64,000 bases of DNA. Origin: an uncultured Alistipes sp. Its GTDB lineage: Bacteria; Bacteroidota; Bacteroidia; Bacteroidales; Rikenellaceae. Location: the NCBI GenBank assembly GCA_944322005.1, contig CALUNL010000004.1, forward strand, positions 201,850-265,849. Reading direction: 5' to 3'. A program made the position numbers and the translations under genes. Positions 21,382-29,204 of the stretch are shown here, piece after piece. Position 1 is the first letter of the stretch, and every line of letters starts with the position of its first letter. The notes under the pieces are model-generated. The model was given only the letters and a program-made list of their open reading frames with translations, was not told the DNA's origin and made no database searches.

Positions 21382-23277
21382 ATGAAGAGATACGGATTCA
21401 TAAAGGTGGCCGCCGCGACGCCGATGGTGCGTATCGCCGACTGCCGCCACAATATCGAGGCTACGGCCGAACTGCTCCGCAGGGCCGAGGGCGAGGGGGT
21501 GAGCATAACCGTATTCCCGGAGCTCTCCATAACCGGATACACCTGCGGCGACCTGTTCCAGCAGTCGCGGCTGCTCGATGCGGCCGAGGAGGCACTCTCC
21601 GAACTCCTTGCGATGGAGATTCCTTCGGTTGCAATCGTCGGTATGCCGATAACCTACAAGAACAACCTCTACAACTGTGCCGTGGTGACTGCCGCAGGCC
21701 GGATCTGCGGCGTAGTGCCGAAGAGCTACATACCGAACTACTCGGAGTTCTACGAGAGCCGCTGGTTCTCGTCGGGACGCGACATCCGCAACACCGAGAT
21801 CGAGCTGTGCGGCCAGAAGGTACGCTTCGGCAGCGACATCATGTTCTCGATAGAGGGCATAAGTTTCGGAGTGGAGATATGCGAGGACCTGTGGGTGCCG
21901 GCGCCGCCGTCGTCGGACATGGCACTGAGCGGGGCGCTGCTCCTGTTCAACCAGTCTGCCACGCCGGAGATAGTAGGCAAGCATGCCTACGTCCGTTCGC
22001 TGGTCGAGCAGCAGTCGGCGCGTACGCTGAGCGGATACATATACTGCTCGGCAGGCATCGGCGAATCGTCGACCGACCTCGTATTCACCGGGAACGGCAT
22101 CATAGCCGAGAACGGCACCATAATAACGGCCAAGGAGAGGTTTATCCGCAGGCCGGAGCTGACCGTGGCGGATATCGACGTCGAGTATCTCGAGAACGAG
22201 AGGCGCAGGCACACCTCGTTCATCAATCTCGACGGGCGCTATGAAGTGATCCCGGTACCGGCAGTCATTGCACAGAGCCCCGTTACGCGCGAGATACCGT
22301 CGGCGCCGTTCATTCCGCACGACCTCGACGCCGGATGCCGCGAGGTGTTCAGCATACAGACGGCAGGTCTCGCGCAGAGACTGTCGCACACCGGCTGCCG
22401 CAGTGCCGTGATAGGGATATCGGGCGGGCTCGACTCGACGCTCGCCCTGCTGGCCGTGGTGGCGACGTTTGACATGCTCGGACTCGACCGCAAGGGCATA
22501 ACGGCCGTGACGATGCCGGGATTCGGCACGACGGACCGCACGCACGACAATGCCGTGACGCTGATGGAGGCTCTCGGTGTGACAATCCGCGAGATATCCA
22601 TCCGCAAGGCCTGCGAGCAGCACTTCGCCGACATCGGACTCGATTCGTCGGACCGCAGCACGGCATACGAGAACGCACAGGCGCGCGAGCGCACCCAGAT
22701 ACTGATGGACATCGCCAACATGACTGGCGGAATGGTGATCGGAACGGGCGATTTGAGCGAGGCGGCTCTCGGCTGGGCCACCTACAACGGCGACCACATG
22801 TCGATGTACAATGTCAACTGCTCGATTCCGAAGAGCCTCGTGCGCGTACTTGTGGAGTGGGTTGCGGAGAACGACGCCGACGGCCGCGTCCGCGCCACGC
22901 TGCACGACATAGTCGCCACGCCGGTAAGTCCCGAACTGCTCCCAGCCGAGAACGGAGAGATAGCACAGAAGACGGAGGACCTCGTCGGGCCGTACGAGCT
23001 ACACGACTTCTTCATCTACCACTTCATGCGCAACGGGTTCACTCCGAAGAAGATATGTTTCCTCGCATCGCTCGCCTTCGGCGGAAGGTACTCCGACGAC
23101 ACGATAAAGCACTGGCTCAAGGTGTTCCTGCGCAGGTTCTTCTCGCAGCAGTACAAGCGTTCGGCCGTACCTGACGGGCCGAAGGTGGGGTCCGTGTCGC
23201 TCTCCCCGCGCGGGGACTGGCGCATGCCGTCCGACGCCACGGCACGGACATGGCTCGATGAGGCCGAGGCGCTATAA
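21382..23277 (+). CDS. nadE: Glutamine-dependent NAD+ synthetase
   Basis: Nitrilase-like domain (FPEL, EICEDLW) plus SGGLDS, ENAQARER, TGDLSE and GPYELHDF. Confidence 0.95.
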   Translation: MKRYGFIKVAAATPMVRIADCRHNIEATAELLRRAEGEGVSITVFPELSITGYTCGDLFQQSRLLDAAEEALSELLAMEIPSVAIVGMPITYKNNLYNCAVVTAAGRICGVVPKSYIPNYSEFYESRWFSSGRDIRNTEIELCGQKVRFGSDIMFSIEGISFGVEICEDLWVPAPPSSDMALSGALLLFNQSATPEIVGKHAYVRSLVEQQSARTLSGYIYCSAGIGESSTDLVFTGNGIIAENGTIITAKERFIRRPELTVADIDVEYLENERRRHTSFINLDGRYEVIPVPAVIAQSPVTREIPSAPFIPHDLDAGCREVFSIQTAGLAQRLSHTGCRSAVIGISGGLDSTLALLAVVATFDMLGLDRKGITAVTMPGFGTTDRTHDNAVTLMEALGVTIREISIRKACEQHFADIGLDSSDRSTAYENAQARERTQILMDIANMTGGMVIGTGDLSEAALGWATYNGDHMSMYNVNCSIPKSLVRVLVEWVAENDADGRVRATLHDIVATPVSPELLPAENGEIAQKTEDLVGPYELHDFFIYHFMRNGFTPKKICFLASLAFGGRYSDDTIKHWLKVFLRRFFSQQYKRSAVPDGPKVGSVSLSPRGDWRMPSDATARTWLDEAEAL

Positions 23278-23290
23278 GGATCTAAACAGT

Positions 23291-23325
23291 CGGAAACGGG
23301 TGCGGAAAAACCGCACCCGTTTCCG
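23291..23325. terminator. Bidirectional terminator
   Basis: CGGAAACGGGTGCGG-aaaaa-CCGCACCCGTTTCCG, perfect 15-bp stem between convergent genes. Confidence 0.8.
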
Positions 23326-23348
23326 TTTCTATCGGGATTCGCTCTCCC

Positions 23349-24440
23349 CTAACGCCTGAATATGGCCGCATGCATGCGCATCATCAGCCGGTCGGCCAGG
23401 CGGAAGGCTCCGCGCACAAATGCCGGATAGCGTTTGCCTGTCGCCAGCCAGTGCACAAGCAGGTCGGTCTTCAGCATACGGTTTACCGGAAGGTCTATCT
23501 CCCCTATCCCGCAACGGTCGGCCATGCCGCGCAGATCCGCATACACCGAGTCAAAAGCGGATGGGTCGAAGCTCCCGTCCGGCATCTCAAGCAGGTACTT
23601 ACGCAGGATTATACGTATACGGTTTCTGACCGTCTCGCGGAGAAACCCTATCCGTGCGGAGCTCATGCCGCCCTTGTCGGCGGAGACGAAGAACGACGAC
23701 ATCGAATCCGTCAGCTTCACCATATGCCCTATGTCACGCAACTGCACCGCAGGGCTCATCGTCTGGCCCTCCCTCGCCGCATTGTAGCGGTAGAGCGGAA
23801 TGTCGACGAAGGCGATACTCCGGACGCGGAAGAGCGGATAGAAGACCCACTCCTGGTCGGTATACGATATGCCCTCGGTCTGCACGTAACCCATTTCACG
23901 CAACAGCCCGGTACGGTAGCACACCGAATGCATCATGAAGAAACGCAGTCTGCCGTCGGCGAATATCTGCTCGGCGTCGTACGGGCGCATCCACTCATAG
24001 GGATGGCGCGAATATACGTCGTAGTCGATATGGCGCACGCGACCGCCGCGCCCCACCTCGCTGAACGGCGACACAATCATGTCCGTCCCGTCCAGTTTCC
24101 GCAGTGCGGCAATGTAATCGGCAATCCTGCCGCCCTCGAAGCAGTCGTCGGAGTCGAGTATGCGGACATAACGTCCGCGAACCAGCGGCAGTGCGGCATT
24201 CACGGTCGAGCCGTAGTTGCCGTTCGGCTTGTCTATCACGACCACCGTATCGGGATAGCGGCGTTCGTAGTTGCGGGCGATGCGCAGCGAGCCGTCACGG
24301 CTGCCGTCATCCACTATCACGACCTCCACGGCCGCAAGCGACGGCGTGCGGAGCACCGACTCCACGCACTGGGGCAGCAGAGCCTCCATGTTGTACGTGG
24401 GGACGATTATCGAAAGTATCTTAACCGGGGAACGTGTCAT
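23349..24440 (-). CDS. Glycosyltransferase family 2
   Basis: SIIVPTYN, VDDGSRD, KPNGNYGS and ILDSDD (DxD) motifs. Confidence 0.9.
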   Translation of the reverse strand: MTRSPVKILSIIVPTYNMEALLPQCVESVLRTPSLAAVEVVIVDDGSRDGSLRIARNYERRYPDTVVVIDKPNGNYGSTVNAALPLVRGRYVRILDSDDCFEGGRIADYIAALRKLDGTDMIVSPFSEVGRGGRVRHIDYDVYSRHPYEWMRPYDAEQIFADGRLRFFMMHSVCYRTGLLREMGYVQTEGISYTDQEWVFYPLFRVRSIAFVDIPLYRYNAAREGQTMSPAVQLRDIGHMVKLTDSMSSFFVSADKGGMSSARIGFLRETVRNRIRIILRKYLLEMPDGSFDPSAFDSVYADLRGMADRCGIGEIDLPVNRMLKTDLLVHWLATGKRYPAFVRGAFRLADRLMMRMHAAIFRR

Positions 24441-24442
24441 AT

Positions 24443-25291
24443 TCACTCCTCCTCTTTTGTCGTATCGAACGAAAGCCTGTACGGCGCATGGTTTATCTGC
24501 TCCTCCTCCGGCAGGTCGGGGCGCAGGTTCGGGTAATGGTGCCGCAGATAAGACTCCACATCGCGCGGTGCCCACACCTCCATGCCTCCGAACGGCATCC
24601 TCACCGGATTCTCAATGTTGCTGCGGAGAATCTGGTCGCGCGGCATGCGGACGATGTTCACACGGCTGCAGTCGCGCCCGTTGTATGTCCCCAGCACGCG
24701 GCACATGCGCCTGTATATGCTCCTGCGCGACATCGCCGCACATACGAGCCTTATCGCAAGGCAACTCAACGCCGATTTGGGCAGGGGCGCGTCTATCTCG
24801 CAGCGCCCGAACCACCGCCACAACCATATCTCCTTCCCGATGAAGCAGTTTATCCAGAAACGGCTGCGGAAACGGTGGATGCGCTCGCACACCGGATTGT
24901 CCGGAATGCGGTCGTACGGGAATATGTCGACGAATATGCCGTGGTGGATGTCCATGTTGCGGAACATCTCCTCCACGAAGAGCGTGTTGTTCTTCTTGAC
25001 CTTGGCGAAATAGAACGGCGTGTTCGGTTCCGTCCCGAACCACTCGAGGAAGTACCCCGGACGCAGCGTCGACGGCGCCACCTCCAGGAACCTGTCGTAG
25101 TTCTCGCGCGTCATACCCAGGTCGATGTCGTCGTCCCACGGCACGATGCCGCGGCTGAACAGTGCGCCGATGGCCGTACCTCCCTGTATGAAGTACGGTA
25201 TGCCGTGCAGGTCGCACACGCGGATTACCTCGGCAAGGATGTCGAGGAGTTCGGCATGGAGCCTTTCGAGTTGTCGTTTTTCGTATCTCAT
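24443..25291 (-). CDS. licD: LicD family phospho-X transferase
   Basis: GGTAIGA, IVPWDDDIDLGM and GIFVDIFPYD. Confidence 0.88.
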   Translation of the reverse strand: MRYEKRQLERLHAELLDILAEVIRVCDLHGIPYFIQGGTAIGALFSRGIVPWDDDIDLGMTRENYDRFLEVAPSTLRPGYFLEWFGTEPNTPFYFAKVKKNNTLFVEEMFRNMDIHHGIFVDIFPYDRIPDNPVCERIHRFRSRFWINCFIGKEIWLWRWFGRCEIDAPLPKSALSCLAIRLVCAAMSRRSIYRRMCRVLGTYNGRDCSRVNIVRMPRDQILRSNIENPVRMPFGGMEVWAPRDVESYLRHHYPNLRPDLPEEEQINHAPYRLSFDTTKEEE

Positions 25292-26256
25292 CACTGTACG
25301 AGCAGATTGCACCCCCTGATGTCGCTTCCCGACAGACGTCCCTCGATACGGAAACCTCCGTCGGCAAATACCGTGCCCGCGTCCTGCGTCTGCAGGAAGG
25401 CGCACGACCATACGTTACCGAGGTCTATTATGTCGATTCCGCCCCGGCGTCCAGGCTCAAGTCGGGCGAACGGGTCGTTCACGTCGCGCGTCAGGACCTT
25501 CATCCACGGCGGGCAGTAGAACAGTCCGTTCCCGGAGGAGTAGGCCTGCGAGGTAAGTTCGGCCATGCCGTATTCGGAGTGTATCGACTCCACGCCGAAG
25601 GCCCCGCACAGCAGGGCGTGCAGCTCCTCTTTCGGCATCTCGCGCCGGCGGCCCTTCATCCCGCCGGTCTCCATGACTACGGTGCCTTCGGGAATCCCTA
25701 TGCCCCTCTCGGCCATGTCGAGCAACGCGTAGGTCACACCGAGCAGTATCTTCGGCTTGGCGTCGGCGGCCATGTCGGCGGCCAGGCGGTCGTAGTCGTC
25801 GAGATAGAACCCTCCGCTGCCGCACTCCCGAATCAGGCGGTCGGCCATGTATACGAGCGACGACCCCTTGCGCTGCAGGTAGTTCGGCAGGAGCGCATAG
25901 AGGCTCCAGCGCGACGGCTCGCCGTAGAAGCGCTCGAAACACGCGCGGAAGTCGCGCTCGTAGAGCGACAGGTCGGCCATCATGTGGTGCGAAGAGGTCA
26001 TTCCCGTAGTCGCACTCGACGTGAATACCGCCTGCGGAGGCTTTTCGCCGCAATATACGTCGTGCGTCTTGAACAGCTCTATAGGCAGCATCGGTATGTC
26101 TCCGCTGTGCCTCACCGACGACCTGTCGATGCCGAGAAGCTCCACGTAGCGGGCATAAGGGTCGCAGTGCCGGCTCTGGAAGTCGAACAGTTCCAACGCC
26201 GCACACTCGAAATCGGCATCCGAGCCTATTGAAAACATCCTGTCGACGATATCCAT
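25291..26256 (-). CDS. LuxE-like acyl-protein synthetase / acyl transferase
   Basis: FTSSATTG, LPNYL..GSSL, METGGMKG, SEYGMAEL, IDLGN and GRLSGSDIRGCN; TGA overlaps the licD ATG (TGATG); minus-strand promoter TAAATTTG at 26301-26308. Confidence 0.8.
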   Translation of the reverse strand: MDIVDRMFSIGSDADFECAALELFDFQSRHCDPYARYVELLGIDRSSVRHSGDIPMLPIELFKTHDVYCGEKPPQAVFTSSATTGMTSSHHMMADLSLYERDFRACFERFYGEPSRWSLYALLPNYLQRKGSSLVYMADRLIRECGSGGFYLDDYDRLAADMAADAKPKILLGVTYALLDMAERGIGIPEGTVVMETGGMKGRRREMPKEELHALLCGAFGVESIHSEYGMAELTSQAYSSGNGLFYCPPWMKVLTRDVNDPFARLEPGRRGGIDIIDLGNVWSCAFLQTQDAGTVFADGGFRIEGRLSGSDIRGCNLLVQ

Positions 26257-26349
26257 ATCAAAACCTGATGGGAGGCCGTTTACCTGCATGCGGCCGTACA
26301 CAAATTTAATCATAATTCGCGAGTTGACGTCGTATTGAGAAATTTTTTC

Positions 26350-26357
26350 TAACTTTG
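26350..26357 (+). promoter_or_regulatory. Bacteroidetes -7 promoter element for the accessory cassette
   Basis: TAACTTTG matches TAnnTTTG; predicted start site about 26363. Confidence 0.65.
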
Positions 26358-26362
26358 TACAG

Positions 26363-26610
26363 GCAACCAATGGAGTTGCTTACATATTGCATTCGCGAAA
26401 GCGTAAGTTCTGTCTTCCGGAAACGAAATCTGGTAAATTTCAAAAATGGCGAAGATAGGCATGATTCTTTCTGCGTCACGTCTCGTGGCGTGGGATTGTA
26501 TCCTATTTAGTCATAAAGGTTTACCAGAGCCTGTTTCCGTAAGTGGGATTTCAGTTCCACGCTTTCTTTATTGTGGTTACCCGTTCGGGGCTGGCGGGAC
26601 AACGACTCTC
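26363..26610 (+). ncRNA. Candidate structured leader RNA (multi-stem; family unassigned)
   Basis: Six nested complementary segments found by eye, e.g. GAAAGCGT/ACGCTTTC, TCTGGTAAA/TTTACCAGA and GCGTCACG/CGTGGCGT; no convincing ORF. Confidence 0.6.
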
Positions 26611-26618
26611 ATATAAAA

Positions 26619-27539
26619 ATGAAAAGATTTTTACTATCGATGTTTGCCGTCATCGCCTTGTGCGGAATGTCAGCTGCCCAGGACCTGATAATCCACCGAA
26701 ACGGCAACGAACAGCAGGTCAAGGTTCTGGAGGTATCATCCGATGAAGTGAAGTTCAAGAAGTGGTCTAACCAGAGCGGCCCGACCTACACAGTCCCGAC
26801 GGCCGACATATTCATGATTAAGTATTCGGACGGATCGAAAGACACCTTCGCCGAGAAGAAACCGCAGGAGAAGGAGAAACCGATATTCGCTCCGCAGAAC
26901 GTGACGAAGCCCGTGTTGGTAAAAAAAGAGAGGGATACGCGGTTCGAAATCGGAGCGAGAATCATGCCGACCCTGAGCATGTTGTTTCTTGACAACGGAT
27001 ATGAGCCTTCGACCGGCAGCGTAATAAAAGGGAGCAGCGGCATACGCTTCTTCGGCTCTGTGGGAGCCACCTTCGAGTACTATCTGTCGAAATACGAAAG
27101 CGGAAAATGGTTCCTGCACAGTGGGCTCGAATATGCCATGCGCGGAGGAGATTTAGGCATAGAGGGCGCGGACATAGTACGTACCGACTATCTAAATCTG
27201 GAAATTGGAGTCGGCGTGCGAGGCGGACTGATGTACTGGATTCCGGGATTCAGACTCGGCATACTGACAAACTCCAAAATGATTTATAAAGGTATAAAGA
27301 CCAACGAATATAAAAACAGCTGTCCGGTAACGTTCGAGTTTTTTGAACAGTTCGGATTCTGCATAGGCAAACATATAGACCTCGGATGGCACATGTCTGT
27401 CGTGCCGACGAACATCTTCAAGCCGGAGATTTGGAACGGGAACAACACGTCATGGAGCTACAATTTCGGCGTGATGTTCACATACCGGTTCAAGATAAAG
27501 AAGAATCCGCAAACCAGCCTGCAACAATCAACCCGATAA
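26619..27539 (+). CDS. Secreted hypothetical protein: conserved N-terminal module plus probable small outer-membrane beta-barrel
   Basis: Signal peptide MKRFLLSMFAVIALCGMSAAQD; alternating strands ending SYNFGVMFTYRF; lower GC. Confidence 0.8.
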   Translation: MKRFLLSMFAVIALCGMSAAQDLIIHRNGNEQQVKVLEVSSDEVKFKKWSNQSGPTYTVPTADIFMIKYSDGSKDTFAEKKPQEKEKPIFAPQNVTKPVLVKKERDTRFEIGARIMPTLSMLFLDNGYEPSTGSVIKGSSGIRFFGSVGATFEYYLSKYESGKWFLHSGLEYAMRGGDLGIEGADIVRTDYLNLEIGVGVRGGLMYWIPGFRLGILTNSKMIYKGIKTNEYKNSCPVTFEFFEQFGFCIGKHIDLGWHMSVVPTNIFKPEIWNGNNTSWSYNFGVMFTYRFKIKKNPQTSLQQSTR

Positions 27540-27551
27540 AGCAACAAAGAG

Positions 27552-28475
27552 ATGAAAAAAGCGATATTCTCAGCATTTCTCCTGTTTCTTGTCGGAAACG
27601 CCGCCGCACAGGATACGATACTGAAGCTCGACACCGAGGAGATTCAGGCGAAAATCGAGGAGATTTCACAGACAGAGATAAAATACCGCAGATGGAGCAA
27701 TCCCGACGGCCCGCTGTATACAGTCAAGACTTCCGAGGTCTTCCGCATAAGGTTCCAGAACGGAGACATGGAGGTATTCGGGAATAAGGAAGCCGACGTA
27801 ACGGAATCCGAATCGGGATCGGTGAACAAATATGCATACCGCATCGGCGACATCTACCAGGAGAACGGGTTGCTCGGCATAGTCGTCCACGTTACCGATG
27901 ACGGCCGGCATGGGCTGATAATGGCGCCACACGGAGTTGTCGGGCAGAAAGGCTCCAGGTTCAGGTTCAAGGACCAGATATGGTGTCACAAAAGCCTCGC
28001 AGACCAGTCAATAGGAGCCACAAGCCATGACGACGGAATGGAAAACATGCGGGCCGTAGGACGGGCAATAGAGGAGAACGGATTGGACTGGAACGATTTT
28101 CCGGCATTCAAGCGATGTCTCGAGTACGGCGACGGATGGTACCTGCCGGCCATAAATGAAGTCGAATATATTGTAAAGGCAGCCAACGGAGGAAAATCGA
28201 ATACCGAATGGGAGGAGTTCTACCTGAACGGGTTCAATTCCAGGATAGAGAGTATCGGAGGCACTCCGATGAAAATCGGAGAGAGCATCCTGTCTTCAAC
28301 GGAATGTTCGGACCATGATAAGGTTTTTATCTTTCTGTCAAAAGGAGAGATAAAGGTTCTGACTCTGTCAATATTCGATTTGATTCCGGACTATTATACG
28401 ATAAGTTCCGGTTACGCCTATAAAGAGGCAACGGGCAAAATGGGTTATGCCATCCGTCCCGTACACAAGTTCTGA
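27552..28475 (+). CDS. Secreted hypothetical protein: same N-terminal module plus DUF1566/Lcl-like C-terminal domain
   Basis: Signal peptide; YRIGDIY...GIVVHV..DGRHGL, WYLPAINE, SSTE and terminal IRPVHKF. Confidence 0.75.
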   Translation: MKKAIFSAFLLFLVGNAAAQDTILKLDTEEIQAKIEEISQTEIKYRRWSNPDGPLYTVKTSEVFRIRFQNGDMEVFGNKEADVTESESGSVNKYAYRIGDIYQENGLLGIVVHVTDDGRHGLIMAPHGVVGQKGSRFRFKDQIWCHKSLADQSIGATSHDDGMENMRAVGRAIEENGLDWNDFPAFKRCLEYGDGWYLPAINEVEYIVKAANGGKSNTEWEEFYLNGFNSRIESIGGTPMKIGESILSSTECSDHDKVFIFLSKGEIKVLTLSIFDLIPDYYTISSGYAYKEATGKMGYAIRPVHKF

Positions 28476-28506
28476 CACCACGGACTCCCTTTCCTCACCC
28501 CCCCCC

Positions 28507-28546
28507 AAAAAAAACAGCGGGGCCGGCAACAGATTGCCGGCCCCGC
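28507..28546 (-). terminator. Strong intrinsic terminator of thrS-infC
   Basis: 13-bp stem GCGGGGCCGGCAA/TTGCCGGCCCCGC at 28517-28546, with T8 on minus (A8 at 28507-28514). Confidence 0.88.
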
Positions 28547-28581
28547 ACAATTATGTAGAGCATCGCCCGTCGAAGCAGAGC

Positions 28582-29175
28582 CTATCCCTTCTTCGGCTTC
28601 GGAGCAAGTATCATGTTCATCTTCTTACCTTCGAGCGTAGGCATCATCTCAACCTTCGCAACCGCCTCCAGGTCGGTGGCAAAGCGGAGCAACAGTATCT
28701 CGCCCTGCTCCTTGAAGACGATGCTTCGTCCGCGGAAAAAGACATAGGCCTTCACCTTCGCGCCCTCCTTGAGGAAGTTCTCGGCATGGCGCAGCTTGAA
28801 GTTGTAGTCATGATCGTCGGTCTGCGGTCCGAAGCGTATCTCCTTGATCACGACCTTCGTCTGCTTGGCCTTTATCTCCTTCTGCTTCTTGCGCTGCTGG
28901 TAGAGGAACTTCTGATAGTCGACGATGCGGCATACTGGAGGCGTCGCGGTCGGAGATATCTCCACCAAATCCAGATCCATCTCGTCGGCCATAGCCAAAG
29001 CCCTGGCGATAGGCACCACGAGGTTGGGTTCGACATTGTCGCCGACAATGCGCACCGTCGGAGCCGTAATCTCGTTGTTGATGCGGTTCGGGTTCTCCTT
29101 CACCTTGCGAGGTCCCCGGTTCTGATTGTTCCCATGTCCCTGCGGGCGCGGTGGAAACGGTTTTAATCCTGCCAT
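28582..29175 (-). CDS. infC: Translation initiation factor IF-3
   Basis: RINNEI, DLVEISP...PPVCRI.DY.KFLY and [17 protein letters not shown]. Confidence 0.96.
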   Translation of the reverse strand: MAGLKPFPPRPQGHGNNQNRGPRKVKENPNRINNEITAPTVRIVGDNVEPNLVVPIARALAMADEMDLDLVEISPTATPPVCRIVDYQKFLYQQRKKQKEIKAKQTKVVIKEIRFGPQTDDHDYNFKLRHAENFLKEGAKVKAYVFFRGRSIVFKEQGEILLLRFATDLEAVAKVEMMPTLEGKKMNMILAPKPKKG

Positions 29176-29204
29176 CTAATAATCTTGTTGTTCGAAAATT
29201 CAGT

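Noticed and set aside
26363-26610. Group I intron, hammerhead, 6S, SRP or DGR template identity for the leader
   Set aside because: Only fragments match (TAGTC; CTGATG at about 26265); no complete catalytic core, SRP loop or large central bubble, and no similarity to the downstream gene
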